DNA of 64,000 bases, from positions 1-64,000 of the IMG/VR virus record IMGVR_UViG_3300020182_002648; one strand, 5' to 3'. This DNA comes from a virus. Below, one piece after another: positions 41,484-51,474 of this stretch (position 1 is the first letter of the stretch; each line of letters opens with the position of its first letter). A program made the translations under genes and the position numbers. The notes under the pieces were generated by a model that worked only from the letters and a program-made list of their open reading frames with translations, was not told where the DNA came from and did not search any database.

Positions 41484-42500
41484 ATGAAGGTAAATATATT
41501 TGGATGCGGGATGAGCGGCACAGTCGCGGCGATCTTATTTAAAGAACAAGGACATGATGTTGAGATATTTGAGACTAGGTCTCATGTTGCTGGCAATTGT
41601 TTTGATAAAAAGAATGAGGATGGTTGCACAGTACATGAGTATGGTTCGCATATCTTCCATACCAACGATAAAGAGGTATGGGACTTTTTAAACCGGTACA
41701 CAAAATTTAACGACTATCAGCACCGTGTCAGAGCGAACACCAAGGAAGGATTATTGAGCATTCCATTCAGTAAAAAGACAGAACAAGAACTCGGACGTGA
41801 TCTGTCACCTAAAGAGATACAAGAGTTGTTATTCCGTGATTATTCCGAACGTCATTGGGGCATACCATGGGAGGAATTACCCAAGAGTATAAGCGGCAGA
41901 GTACCTAACAAACGTGACAATTTCGACGACCGATACTTCACTGACACATATCAAGGTATACCAGAGAAAGGATATACTACCATGTTTAATAATATGTTAG
42001 ATGGTATCAAGGTTAACGTTGGTGTAGATCGTGATTTACGCAAACGTATCAAAGGGGACCTTACAGTTTGGACCGGAAAGATATCTGAGTATTTCGACTT
42101 AGCATACGGTCATCTCCCTTATCGTTCCCTTAGATTTGAACACACACGCGTAAAACGAGACCCGATGTACACATGGGACAAAGGATCAGTTATTAACGAA
42201 TGTAACACCAAGCCTTTCAACCGTACTATGGACAACAGTGTGTATCTCAAGGAGGATGTGACTCACACTATTCATACACGTGATCATCCAGAGGAATATC
42301 AACCAGGTGTCAATGATCCAATTTACCCAAAGACATTCGGAGAAGGTCCAGAGGTATATAAGAAATATTTACAAGCCGCCGAAGCAGATAAGAATACTAT
42401 ATTCTTAGGCCGATTAGCCACATACAGATACTTGGATATGTGGATGGCAGTAAAACAAGTTATAGCTAAACTTGAAACTAGTGATAAATTAAAACGATGA
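41484..42500 (+). CDS. glf: UDP-galactopyranose mutase
   Basis: FAD motif GCGMSG, 'HEYGSHIFHT', 'YQGIPEKGYT', 'LPYRSLRF', 'GRLATYRYLDM'. Confidence 0.95.
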   Translation: MKVNIFGCGMSGTVAAILFKEQGHDVEIFETRSHVAGNCFDKKNEDGCTVHEYGSHIFHTNDKEVWDFLNRYTKFNDYQHRVRANTKEGLLSIPFSKKTEQELGRDLSPKEIQELLFRDYSERHWGIPWEELPKSISGRVPNKRDNFDDRYFTDTYQGIPEKGYTTMFNNMLDGIKVNVGVDRDLRKRIKGDLTVWTGKISEYFDLAYGHLPYRSLRFEHTRVKRDPMYTWDKGSVINECNTKPFNRTMDNSVYLKEDVTHTIHTRDHPEEYQPGVNDPIYPKTFGEGPEVYKKYLQAAEADKNTIFLGRLATYRYLDMWMAVKQVIAKLETSDKLKR

Positions 42501-43423
42501 AATTGTTAATAACAGGTGGTACTGGTTTGGTAGGAACCGGAATTAAATCAATCGCAAGTGAATTTCCAGAGCTTGATATATCTTATATGTCTTCGAAGGA
42601 TTGTAACTTGCTTGATTACGATCAAGTGTTGGAATATTTCTGGAACGAAGAACCAGAATGTATTATTCACTTGGCTGCAAATGTTGGTGGGTTGTACAAG
42701 AACATGAACCAAAAAGTGGAGATGTTTGATGATAATATTCAAATGAATCTCAACGTGATAAAAGCTGCATTCTCAAATGATATCAAGAACTTGATAGGTA
42801 CTTTATCAACATGCATCTTTCCTGACAACACAACATATCCTATCAACGAGACCATGCTTCATGATGGAGCACCACACACATCAAATGACGCATATGCGTA
42901 TGCAAAAAGAATGATCAAGGTTCAATGTGACGCATATAGCGCTCAGCATGATGTGAATTATTCGTGCATAATACCTACGAACATATACGGAGAAGGTGAC
43001 AATTTCTCATTAGAGGATGGACATGTGATACCCGCATTGATCCACAAATGCTTTAACGCTGTTAAAAATGGTACTGATTTTGAAGTGTATGGTACAGGTA
43101 AGCCGTTGCGTCAGTTTATATACTCAAAGGACCTAGGTAGATTGATACTAAAATCAGTATACAAACTAATGCAAGAAAGTATAATACTGGCACCTCGTGA
43201 GGAAGTCGCGATTGGTGATGTGGCTCGTTACATCGCTAGAGCGTTTGACTACGAAGACCGTATGATATTCAATGATAGCTTTAGTGATGGTCAATACAAG
43301 AAGACAGCTGATAACTCCAAACTAATGGAGTTGTTCCCGGATTTTGAATTTATGAAAATCGAGGAAGGTATAGCTGAGACCGTTAAGTATTTCAAACATG
43401 AGTACCCAAATTTAAGACTATGA
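42497..43423 (+). CDS. fcl: GDP-L-fucose synthase
   Basis: TGGTGLVG, HLAANVGG, LSTCIFP, YAYAKR, PTNIYG.DNF, HVIPALIHK, GTGKPLRQFIYS. Confidence 0.96.
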   Translation: MKLLITGGTGLVGTGIKSIASEFPELDISYMSSKDCNLLDYDQVLEYFWNEEPECIIHLAANVGGLYKNMNQKVEMFDDNIQMNLNVIKAAFSNDIKNLIGTLSTCIFPDNTTYPINETMLHDGAPHTSNDAYAYAKRMIKVQCDAYSAQHDVNYSCIIPTNIYGEGDNFSLEDGHVIPALIHKCFNAVKNGTDFEVYGTGKPLRQFIYSKDLGRLILKSVYKLMQESIILAPREEVAIGDVARYIARAFDYEDRMIFNDSFSDGQYKKTADNSKLMELFPDFEFMKIEEGIAETVKYFKHEYPNLRL

Positions 43424-43773
43424 ATAACAACACAGATGAATCTATCCGCCCATGGGGTAACTACGAGATCTTACTAGATACAGACTACTGTAAGGTTAAG
43501 AGAATTTATGTAAAGCCTGGTCAACGATTGAGTTACCAGTACCATCACAAGAGACAAGAAGCATGGACTGTGGTTAGTGGTGTGGCACGTATAACAATCG
43601 ACGACGAGACTAATGACTACAAACCAGGCGAGACTGTGCTGATTCCATTAGGAGCAAAGCATCGGATGGCCAATCCAGAAACTGATGAGATGATGATACT
43701 TGTTGAGGTACAGACAGGTACGTATTTTGGTGAGGATGATATTGTCCGTGTGCAGGACGATTACAACAGATAA
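43420..43773 (+). CDS. Mannose-6-phosphate isomerase type II, stand-alone C-terminal cupin
   Basis: 'RPWGNY', '[23 protein letters not shown]', '[18 protein letters not shown]'. Confidence 0.92.
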   Translation: MNNNTDESIRPWGNYEILLDTDYCKVKRIYVKPGQRLSYQYHHKRQEAWTVVSGVARITIDDETNDYKPGETVLIPLGAKHRMANPETDEMMILVEVQTGTYFGEDDIVRVQDDYNR

Positions 43774-43777
43774 TTTT

Positions 43778-44824
43778 ATGAAAATAGCACTTATAACAGG
43801 AGTCAATGGACAAGACGGCTCTTATCTAGCAGAATTATTATTAGATAAGGGTTATGATGTGTGGGGAGTAGCAAGACGCGCATCAGATATAAACACACAA
43901 CGCATAGAACATCTTTACTCGAACAAGAAATTGTTTCTCAGATACGGTGACATGACTGATGGTATCAATCTTGTCAACATATTGTATGAAATAAAAACTA
44001 CATATCCAGATATGAACCGGTTAGAGATATACAATCTAGCTGCTATGAGCCACGTCAAGGTGAGTTTTGACATGCCTGAGTATACAGCGAACGCTGACGG
44101 TACTGGTGTGCTAAGATTGTTAGAGGCTGTGAGGTCTACCGGACTGATGGATGTCACAAGATTTTATCAAGCAGCTACATCAGAACTATACGGACTGGTT
44201 CAAGAGGTACCTCAAAAAGAAACCACGCCATTTTATCCTAGATCTCCTTATGGTGTTGCTAAACTGTATGGATATTGGATAACCAAAAATTACAGAGAGT
44301 CATACGACATGTTCGCCGCTAATGGTATTTTATTCAATCATGAGAGTCCCAGAAGAGGTCCAACATTTGTGACTCGTAAGGTCACTAGAGGGTTGAACAT
44401 GATATTGACTGGTGAGCGTGATAAGTTAGTGATGGGTAATATTGATGCCAAGCGAGACTGGGGGCATGCTAAGGATTATGTTGAAGGCATGTGGCGTATA
44501 TTACAAGCTGACAAACCAGATGATTATGTGCTGTCAACTAATGAATTTCATTCAGTTAGAGAGTTTATCGAGAAAAGCTTCTCTATGAGAGGTTTTGACA
44601 TTCGATGGAAAGGCACTGGAGTAGATGAGATCGGGTATGATTATAATAACGGTAGAGAGTTGATACATATCTCAGATAAATACTTTCGACCAGCTGAAGT
44701 TGAAGAACTGTTAGGAGACTCAACAAAAGCCAGAACAGAACTAGGTTGGGAGCCTCAATATTCATTTGATCAACTAGTAAAAGAGATGGTCGATCATGAT
44801 TGCCCACCGAATAATACTGATTAA
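43778..44824 (+). CDS. gmd: GDP-mannose 4,6-dehydratase
   Basis: [52 protein letters not shown]. Likely start is ATG 43778. Confidence 0.97.
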   Translation: MKIALITGVNGQDGSYLAELLLDKGYDVWGVARRASDINTQRIEHLYSNKKLFLRYGDMTDGINLVNILYEIKTTYPDMNRLEIYNLAAMSHVKVSFDMPEYTANADGTGVLRLLEAVRSTGLMDVTRFYQAATSELYGLVQEVPQKETTPFYPRSPYGVAKLYGYWITKNYRESYDMFAANGILFNHESPRRGPTFVTRKVTRGLNMILTGERDKLVMGNIDAKRDWGHAKDYVEGMWRILQADKPDDYVLSTNEFHSVREFIEKSFSMRGFDIRWKGTGVDEIGYDYNNGRELIHISDKYFRPAEVEELLGDSTKARTELGWEPQYSFDQLVKEMVDHDCPPNNTD

Positions 44825-44876
44825 GTTTCAAGTTGCTATATATTCTGAATGAATGTCATAAATAATTATGTAAGTT

Positions 44877-47800
44877 ATGACATTTGAGCACACAAATTTA
44901 GACGAATTAAAAGGTAAATTCGAAGACGGGGACAGGCCTATAGGTGAAGATTTTGCAAGGCTATTAGATAGCTGCCACAATACCCTACAGGATACCGACG
45001 TTGGTATAACCAGGACATTAACTGTAAGTGGAGAGACATCATTTAATAGTAGTGTGGGTATATCATCTAGTTTATCAGTCGGAGGCGCGTTAGGAGTAAC
45101 CGGTTCGACTGTTCTGCACAGTACATTAGGTGTATCTGATACGGTTAGTTTCAATGGAGCATTAGGTGTGGTTGGAGCAGTTGGGTTTGGATCAACACTA
45201 TCAGTATCAGGCCCAGTTAATTTAAGTAACTCGCTTGTGGTGAGTGGATCCACTAGTCTACATGACGGTTTAGCAGTAATTGGGGCAACTCTTCTACGTG
45301 ATTCACTAGATGTATTAAGTGATACTAGGATTATATCTTTAACAGCCTCAGGTAGTACAGTACTAACAGACACATTATCAGTCACAAAAGGTGTTGTACT
45401 TCAGGATACAGTAGATATAGCAGGACACACGGCTATCAATGCTCCGTTAGACGTATTGGGGCTTACTGAGCTTAGTGGTACTACAATCAACGGGACACTA
45501 CAAACCAAAGGATTCGCGACGTTTGACAGTAATGTTCATATCAAAGGTAACTTACGTGTTGATGGAAACGCATATCTGAGCGCCGGCAGTGGTGGTAATA
45601 TACATGTAGGTGATACAGATGAGGATAATCTTATATTCAATGCTGATATTGCGAGTGATGTTAACTTGGATTCAGACAAAACGTACGATTTAGGTTCAAC
45701 TACCAAACGATGGAAGAATGTTTATGTAGCTGATATTGATGTTGATGGTCTAGTTGATGGTAGAGATATTTCAGATGATGGTCAAAAACTAGATAGTGTC
45801 AGCAGTACAGTTGACACAGGTAGTGCAAATTGGACTGATACATACACTAACGTTTCATCTTTTAGTGCCAATCGTGATAGTGTTTATTCTAGTGTCAACA
45901 ACACCAGCGCTCAATGGAACTCAGTATATACAGATGTTAGTGACACCAGCGCTCAATGGAACTCAGTATACACAGATGTTAGTGACACCAGCGCTCAATG
46001 GAACTCAGTATACACAGATGTATCAGAAACAAGTGGAACATGGAATGATGTTCATACGAACGTTAATGTTAATAGTGCTAATTGGGATGAATTATACACC
46101 ACCGCTCAAGCTAATAGTTCAGCTTGGTATGCAGACACAATAGCTGAACTTACTGATGTTGATGTGACCGGAGCATTAAATGACTCGATATTAGTGTACA
46201 GTAGCAGTATCGACAAATGGGTTGTCACAACACAATCGGATAACGATCTCAGAGCCACCGCCACCTTAGAAGCAATCACGCATAACGGAAGCAACATCGA
46301 TCTAGATAATAAAACATTAATTCTAACTGATAATGATCGAACGATAGCAGCACGTACTGTGACGTTCACAACATCTGCTGCTTTGGTTACTGGTACATAT
46401 GTTGAGGTGGATGATTCATCATATGTATATGGTGTATCCGGGTTGGATCGGAGCAATTTAAACGGGATAGCAGAGATAACAACAAATGTTATCGAGCTTG
46501 CTAGGATCAATGGTGATATAAGTATCGCAGCTAGCGTCACTGATGCTAAGATCAGATTAACACAACTGACCGGAGGACCAGGAGGCAACACTGAGATCGC
46601 TGGTACTGCTACCGGTAATACCAATGACGCGCTCTTCCATGGAGTAGACGGCACGAACAATCACAACCCAAAATTCACCGGAGGAGAGTCTGTAGATAAT
46701 TTTGAATCACTAAACGACACACCTGGTAGTTACGCTGGTAATGCTGGTAATTTCGTCAAAGTCAACACCGGTGAGGACGCGCTAGAATTTATATCACACC
46801 CGACAGATGAATGGGATTCAGTTTATAGTTTCGTGAATGGTGATAGTGCCACCAACAATACTGATTATAATCAGACAGTATTTCTCAAGCTTAGTGGTGA
46901 TGTGATGACCGGTGGATTGACAGTACAAGGTGATATATCTGCTACTGGTGATATCTATCTATCCAACGATAGTTTAAACTTCGCTGATGGCGAAACATTT
47001 TCTAGTACTGATAGTGTCAATGTGAAGGGTACGTATGCTAGTGTTACAGCCACTAGTGGTGAGTGGGATAGCGTTTATGCTAGCGTTACAGCCACGAGTG
47101 GTGAGTGGGATTCAGTATATTCAAGCGTATCATCTACAAGTGCTAATTGGGATTCTGTTTACTCTAGCGTTACAGCTACAAGCGGTGAATGGGATTCAGT
47201 TTACACAGATGTATCCGAAACAAGTGGTGAGTGGGATTCAGTATACTCAAGTGTTACTGCTACAAGTGGTGAGTGGGATAGCGTTTATACAGACGTATCC
47301 GAAACAAGTGGTGAGTGGGATAGCGTTTATGCTAGCGTTTCATCTACAAGTGGTGAGTGGGATAGCGTTTATACAGACGTATCCGAAACAAGTGGTGAGT
47401 GGGATAGCGTTTATACAGACGTATCTAATACAAGTGGTGAATGGAATTCGGTTTATAGTTATATCAACACAGCATCTGGTTTCGGTCTAGCTACTGTAGA
47501 CGCTCAAGGTAAATTGTTAACAACACAGATACCAGAGCTTAGTATAACTCGCGTACATGCGGTTACCAGTCCATCAGAAGTCGCTGTGTTAAACCCCGGG
47601 AATGGTATTCAATCAGGAGACGTTGTTGTCGTATCATCTACACATGATAACCTAATAGCAGTAGTTGATTCACCTACAGGTACATATACGAGTGGTACAG
47701 GAGATTACGTAGGGTATGCTAAGCTAGCTCTACCGGATGGCTTAGTACAGACTGTTAATGGTAAGCAGGGTCCTAGCGTTGTTCTTAACTCAGATGATTT

Positions 47801-48980
47801 TGATGATGCAGTCACTGCACATAAGTTCGTGTCAGCTGTTGATAAGACAAAATGGAATTTAAATAACACAACAGTGCATGCTAACAGCGGTTCTTGGATA
47901 GGTGGTAACAGTGTTTACAATAGCGTGCTTGCCACAAGTGCTGATTGGAACAGTGTTCATGCAAGTGTCTTAGCTAACAGCGGTTCTTGGATAGGTGGTA
48001 ACAGCGTTTACAATAGCGTGCTTGCCACAAGTGCTGATTGGAATAACGTTCATGCAAGTGTCTTAGCTACGAGCGCTGAATGGGATAGCACACATACATC
48101 AGTTTTAGATACAAGTGCTAATTGGGATAATGTCTATACGGACGTATCTAATACAAGTGCTAAATGGAATGATGTTTACAGTTTTGTTAATAGTGATAGC
48201 GCTACCAACAATACAGATTATAACCAGACACACTTTGTTAATGCTAGTGGAGATACAATAACCGGTAAGTTGGAGATTGAATCTAGCGAACTAGAGGTAG
48301 GTGGTAATATAACAATGGCGGGAGATTTAATACACCAAGATGATACAGGTACTAAGATATCATTTAATACAGATATAATAACACTAGAAGCAAATGGACA
48401 GGAATTCATAACCATAGACGGTACTGCTCCAACACCTGATACAGTTATTATTAATGAAGCTGCGACTACACCAGTGAATTTCATAATTAAAACTCCAAGC
48501 AATCACCCAGCATTGTACTTTAGAGGTAGTGATGGTTCTCTAGGTCTAGGAACTTCCTCCATGAATGTTAAGTTAGCAGTAGTGGGTGGTATATCCGCTA
48601 GTGAGGGTATTGAGATAGAGGAGCATGCTACTATAAAAGGGAACACTACACTAAGTGGTAGTGTTGATGTAAAGAGTACACTAACCGGTGTTAGTGCTGA
48701 GTTTACCGGTAGTTTATCCACCACCGGTGAGATGATCAGTGCTGGTGTTCCTCTACATGAGATATTCTCAACGGACGTGGATATATGGAACGACTTGACT
48801 GTACATGGTAGTATAAGTGCTACTGAAAGTTTATCAGCTACAGATATAGTAGCGAAAACCGGTTATCATACTTTAACTGGAGCCGATGTAAAAGTCACAG
48901 GAATTACACAAGATATTAACATTGGTGGTCATGTATTACATATAGTGAATGGATTAATTGTTGAGGTGACTGATGAGTAG
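44877..48980 (+). CDS. Second modular fibre protein (1367 aa), paralogous to the 2914-aa protein
   Basis: N-terminal 'LKGKFEDGDRP..EDFARLLDS'; 12-aa beta repeats; shared GNLRVDGNAYLSAG, DSATNNTDYNQT and NGKQGPSV modules; 14-aa Trp arrays; CATAAATA at 44857-44864. Confidence 0.85.
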   Translation: MTFEHTNLDELKGKFEDGDRPIGEDFARLLDSCHNTLQDTDVGITRTLTVSGETSFNSSVGISSSLSVGGALGVTGSTVLHSTLGVSDTVSFNGALGVVGAVGFGSTLSVSGPVNLSNSLVVSGSTSLHDGLAVIGATLLRDSLDVLSDTRIISLTASGSTVLTDTLSVTKGVVLQDTVDIAGHTAINAPLDVLGLTELSGTTINGTLQTKGFATFDSNVHIKGNLRVDGNAYLSAGSGGNIHVGDTDEDNLIFNADIASDVNLDSDKTYDLGSTTKRWKNVYVADIDVDGLVDGRDISDDGQKLDSVSSTVDTGSANWTDTYTNVSSFSANRDSVYSSVNNTSAQWNSVYTDVSDTSAQWNSVYTDVSDTSAQWNSVYTDVSETSGTWNDVHTNVNVNSANWDELYTTAQANSSAWYADTIAELTDVDVTGALNDSILVYSSSIDKWVVTTQSDNDLRATATLEAITHNGSNIDLDNKTLILTDNDRTIAARTVTFTTSAALVTGTYVEVDDSSYVYGVSGLDRSNLNGIAEITTNVIELARINGDISIAASVTDAKIRLTQLTGGPGGNTEIAGTATGNTNDALFHGVDGTNNHNPKFTGGESVDNFESLNDTPGSYAGNAGNFVKVNTGEDALEFISHPTDEWDSVYSFVNGDSATNNTDYNQTVFLKLSGDVMTGGLTVQGDISATGDIYLSNDSLNFADGETFSSTDSVNVKGTYASVTATSGEWDSVYASVTATSGEWDSVYSSVSSTSANWDSVYSSVTATSGEWDSVYTDVSETSGEWDSVYSSVTATSGEWDSVYTDVSETSGEWDSVYASVSSTSGEWDSVYTDVSETSGEWDSVYTDVSNTSGEWNSVYSYINTASGFGLATVDAQGKLLTTQIPELSITRVHAVTSPSEVAVLNPGNGIQSGDVVVVSSTHDNLIAVVDSPTGTYTSGTGDYVGYAKLALPDGLVQTVNGKQGPSVVLNSDDFDDAVTAHKFVSAVDKTKWNLNNTTVHANSGSWIGGNSVYNSVLATSADWNSVHASVLANSGSWIGGNSVYNSVLATSADWNNVHASVLATSAEWDSTHTSVLDTSANWDNVYTDVSNTSAKWNDVYSFVNSDSATNNTDYNQTHFVNASGDTITGKLEIESSELEVGGNITMAGDLIHQDDTGTKISFNTDIITLEANGQEFITIDGTAPTPDTVIINEAATTPVNFIIKTPSNHPALYFRGSDGSLGLGTSSMNVKLAVVGGISASEGIEIEEHATIKGNTTLSGSVDVKSTLTGVSAEFTGSLSTTGEMISAGVPLHEIFSTDVDIWNDLTVHGSISATESLSATDIVAKTGYHTLTGADVKVTGITQDINIGGHVLHIVNGLIVEVTDE
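45901..46020 (+). repeat. Near-exact 42-bp triplicate (TSAQWNSVYTDVS)
   Basis: acaccagcgctcaatggaactcagtata.acagatg occurs three times. Confidence 0.9.
47035..47465 (+). repeat. 42-bp (14-aa) coding tandem array, 10 units
   Basis: Trp codons from 47064 to 47442 at 42-nt spacing. Confidence 0.92.
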
Positions 48981-50106
48981 TTGCGATGACGGTGGTCCAC
49001 ACACACCACCTCCTGTAAAGCCATTACATGAATTTTACAGCTCTAATTTAAATCCTAAAGTAACGACCTATGAGAAGCTAGCGACTCGTATTGCGTATAC
49101 ATTAGGTTACCCGCAAATCAATATAGAAGCTCATCAGAATCAAGTGTTTGAGAACATTAGTATCGCGATTGAGATGTTCAGTAAGTTTGCCGGATACACC
49201 GAAGAGTATTTAACATTCCATTCTAGCTTGTATGAGCCGGGTAAAGGACTTCGGATGGATGTACTGATGACAGCGACAGAACAGTTGGCTGGATCTTATG
49301 AAGCTAATCCAAATGAAACGACTCTCGACAAATCGTTATATGAGATTGGTAGTAGTATTATAGGTGGTGGTCCGATTGATATGGCTGTAAATTATAAAGG
49401 ATATTCAGATGGAGAGTCAAAATGGGAAGGTACCAAGACACGAAAATCTCATGGATCGCGTGCTAGTAGCCGCCCTGATGAATCTCAACGTGATCAATTA
49501 AACGAAAAACTAGCCAAACCACTCCCTAACATGAAGGGGTATGATTATCTAACTGATAGTTACAGGAAGGTTATAGATATTTTCGCATTTGAAGAAGGTA
49601 CATCTACTGGTATCAACACTCTATTCACAATAGAACAAACATTAGCACAACAGACATACTTTAGTTATGCGTTAGGAAAGTACGGGTTTGATTTAGTAAG
49701 CTGGTACACAATGAAGAATTGGTTAGAAGACAGAAGAAAAATGCTATCACAAGACTACTATTGCAGATTTGATGACAGAAAACAAACACTCTACTTGACA
49801 CCCGAACCTAACAGAGGTAACAGACGCACACAGTTCTACGGTCTTATAGGAGCATACGTTGAGCGACCTGTATGTGAATTAGTATCTGAAGCATGGGTAT
49901 ATCAATATGCATTGGCGTTAACTAAAATAGTGATCGCTCGAGTGCGTGGTAAATATTCCGGTACGAATTTATTCGGTGGTGGTTCTCCTAATTACAATGA
50001 ATTGTTAAGTGAAGGTAATACTGACAAGAAGGAGCTCGAGACCAAGTTGTATGAAGGGGTTCCTGGATTCGGTGATGGTGAACCTCCGATGTTCTTCGTA
50101 GGGTGA
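48973..50106 (+). CDS. Neck protein (T4 gp13-like)
   Basis: 'LGYPQINIE....QVFENISIAIE.F' at the N-terminus and 'WVYQYALAL.K.....RGKY....FGGG....PPMFFVG' at the C-terminus. Confidence 0.85.
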   Translation: MSSCDDGGPHTPPPVKPLHEFYSSNLNPKVTTYEKLATRIAYTLGYPQINIEAHQNQVFENISIAIEMFSKFAGYTEEYLTFHSSLYEPGKGLRMDVLMTATEQLAGSYEANPNETTLDKSLYEIGSSIIGGGPIDMAVNYKGYSDGESKWEGTKTRKSHGSRASSRPDESQRDQLNEKLAKPLPNMKGYDYLTDSYRKVIDIFAFEEGTSTGINTLFTIEQTLAQQTYFSYALGKYGFDLVSWYTMKNWLEDRRKMLSQDYYCRFDDRKQTLYLTPEPNRGNRRTQFYGLIGAYVERPVCELVSEAWVYQYALALTKIVIARVRGKYSGTNLFGGGSPNYNELLSEGNTDKKELETKLYEGVPGFGDGEPPMFFVG

Positions 50107-50573
50107 AGAAGAAACCTTACAAGAAATTTACTAAATTTCGACAAGGCATATACAAACCAGTTCACAGCGAGAAGTACGACGGTTCAAAATACCCTAGATA
50201 TCTAAGCAGCTGGGAATTAAAGTTTTTTAAATGGTGCGATATAAACCCTACAGTATTGAAATGGTCCAGTGAGTCGGTATGTGTACCTTATATATCACCA
50301 GTAGACGGTAAGATGCATCGGTACTTTGTTGATAATGTGGTACATATACAAGAAGGAGCAAAGGTTGTTAAATATCTAATAGAGATAAAGCCATACAAAC
50401 AAACAAAGCCACCTGTAACAACCGGCAAGAAAAAACGAACCACGTTAGTACATGAGGCTGCTACATGGGGTGTCAATCAAGCTAAATGGCAGGCAGCAAT
50501 GAAGTGGGCTGATAAAAACGGCTACATCTTCCAACTAGTGACTGAGAAAGATTTTACATTATTCTCTAGATAG
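50103..50573 (+). CDS. Head completion nuclease (T4 gp4-like, TnsA-like fold)
   Basis: 'YLSSWELKFFKWCD.NP.VLKWSSE...PYISPVDGKMHRYFVD...IEIKPYKQT.PP...NQAKWQAA...VTEK'. Confidence 0.92.
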   Translation: MKKKPYKKFTKFRQGIYKPVHSEKYDGSKYPRYLSSWELKFFKWCDINPTVLKWSSESVCVPYISPVDGKMHRYFVDNVVHIQEGAKVVKYLIEIKPYKQTKPPVTTGKKKRTTLVHEAATWGVNQAKWQAAMKWADKNGYIFQLVTEKDFTLFSR

Positions 50574-50614
50574 TAGTAGAATTTCTAGTTTTAGAGATAA
50601 GTAATTAGAATCAT

Positions 50615-51301
50615 ATGCACGCTAACCTATTAATAGAGACAACAGATCCAAGTGATTTTGAATACATTATTGAAGAACGTAATGCTAAAGGTGATCAGAA
50701 TGTTTATATCAAAGGACCTTACGCAATGGCAGGAGCTTCTAATAAAAATGGCAGAATATACTGCGAGAAGGAGATGGCTAAAGAGGTTAAAAGGTATACA
50801 GAGCAGATGATCGACACTAAAAGAGCTTTAGGTGAGTTGAACCATCCAACTAGTGCTGATGTCGATCTAGAGAGAGCATGTCATATGGTGACTGAGTTAA
50901 ATGCATGTCCTCACAATAGAGGTGTATACATCGGAAAGTCCAAGGTATTAAGCACACCGACCGGGGCAATCGTCAAGTCTTTAATCAATGATGGATGCAG
51001 TGTAGGAATGAGCACAAGGAGTCTGGGTAAGTTGGTTCAATCTGAAGACAATTCTGGAGAGAATCACGTACAAGACATGCGCTTAGTAGCTATCGATTGT
51101 GTTGCAGATCCTAGTTTTGGAGAAGCGTTTGTTAATGGTATTCTAGAAAGCAAACAATTTATTCTCAACCAGTCTGGTATGTACGTGGAAGCGTACGATA
51201 AATTTGAAAAAGGATTAGCTAACATGCCGAAGAATGATGTACAGGATTATTTAAAGAACAATATTTTAACGTTTATTGAATCAATCAAACAAAAACTATA
51301 A
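50615..51301 (+). CDS. Prohead core protease (T4 gp21)
   Basis: 'NKNGRIY', 'RALGELNHP', 'TPTGAIVKSL', 'GMSTRSLG', 'DCVADPS..EAFVNGILE'; GATAAGTA at 50596-50603. Confidence 0.95.
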   Translation: MHANLLIETTDPSDFEYIIEERNAKGDQNVYIKGPYAMAGASNKNGRIYCEKEMAKEVKRYTEQMIDTKRALGELNHPTSADVDLERACHMVTELNACPHNRGVYIGKSKVLSTPTGAIVKSLINDGCSVGMSTRSLGKLVQSEDNSGENHVQDMRLVAIDCVADPSFGEAFVNGILESKQFILNQSGMYVEAYDKFEKGLANMPKNDVQDYLKNNILTFIESIKQKL

Positions 51302-51474
51302 TGACCAGACCTAACAACAACCCAAATGAACGCCAACCAGTCATGAAATTTATCAGCGATATTGGCAATAAAAACTACGCAGCTGCGAAGGATTCACTCA
51401 AGGTGGCGATAGAAAAAAAGCTATTTAACAAGATAAATGCTAACAAAAACATAAATATATTTAGAGATGAGTGA
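51301..51474 (+). CDS. Small prohead core protein (gp67-like), 57 aa, absent from the ORF track
   Basis: TAATG coupling to gp21; 'FISDIGNKNYAAAKDSLKVAIEKKL' resembles the gp67 amphipathic helix; overlaps the gp22 start. Confidence 0.65.
   Translation: MTRPNNNPNERQPVMKFISDIGNKNYAAAKDSLKVAIEKKLFNKINANKNINIFRDE

Noticed and set aside
25131-44824. Bacterial O-antigen/capsule locus or chimeric host contig
   Set aside because: No wzx/wzy/wzz, ABC exporter or initiating phosphoglycosyl transferase; phage late boxes occur inside; both junctions with virion genes are seamless.
11493-48980. Diversity-generating retroelement or invertible fibre cassette
   Set aside because: No reverse transcriptase or recombinase seen; repeat differences are not adenine-specific and all copies are in direct orientation.
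50103-50573. TnsA transposase / Tn7 element
   Set aside because: The fold is shared with T4 gp4 head-completion protein; it sits among head genes with no tnsBC or transposon ends.
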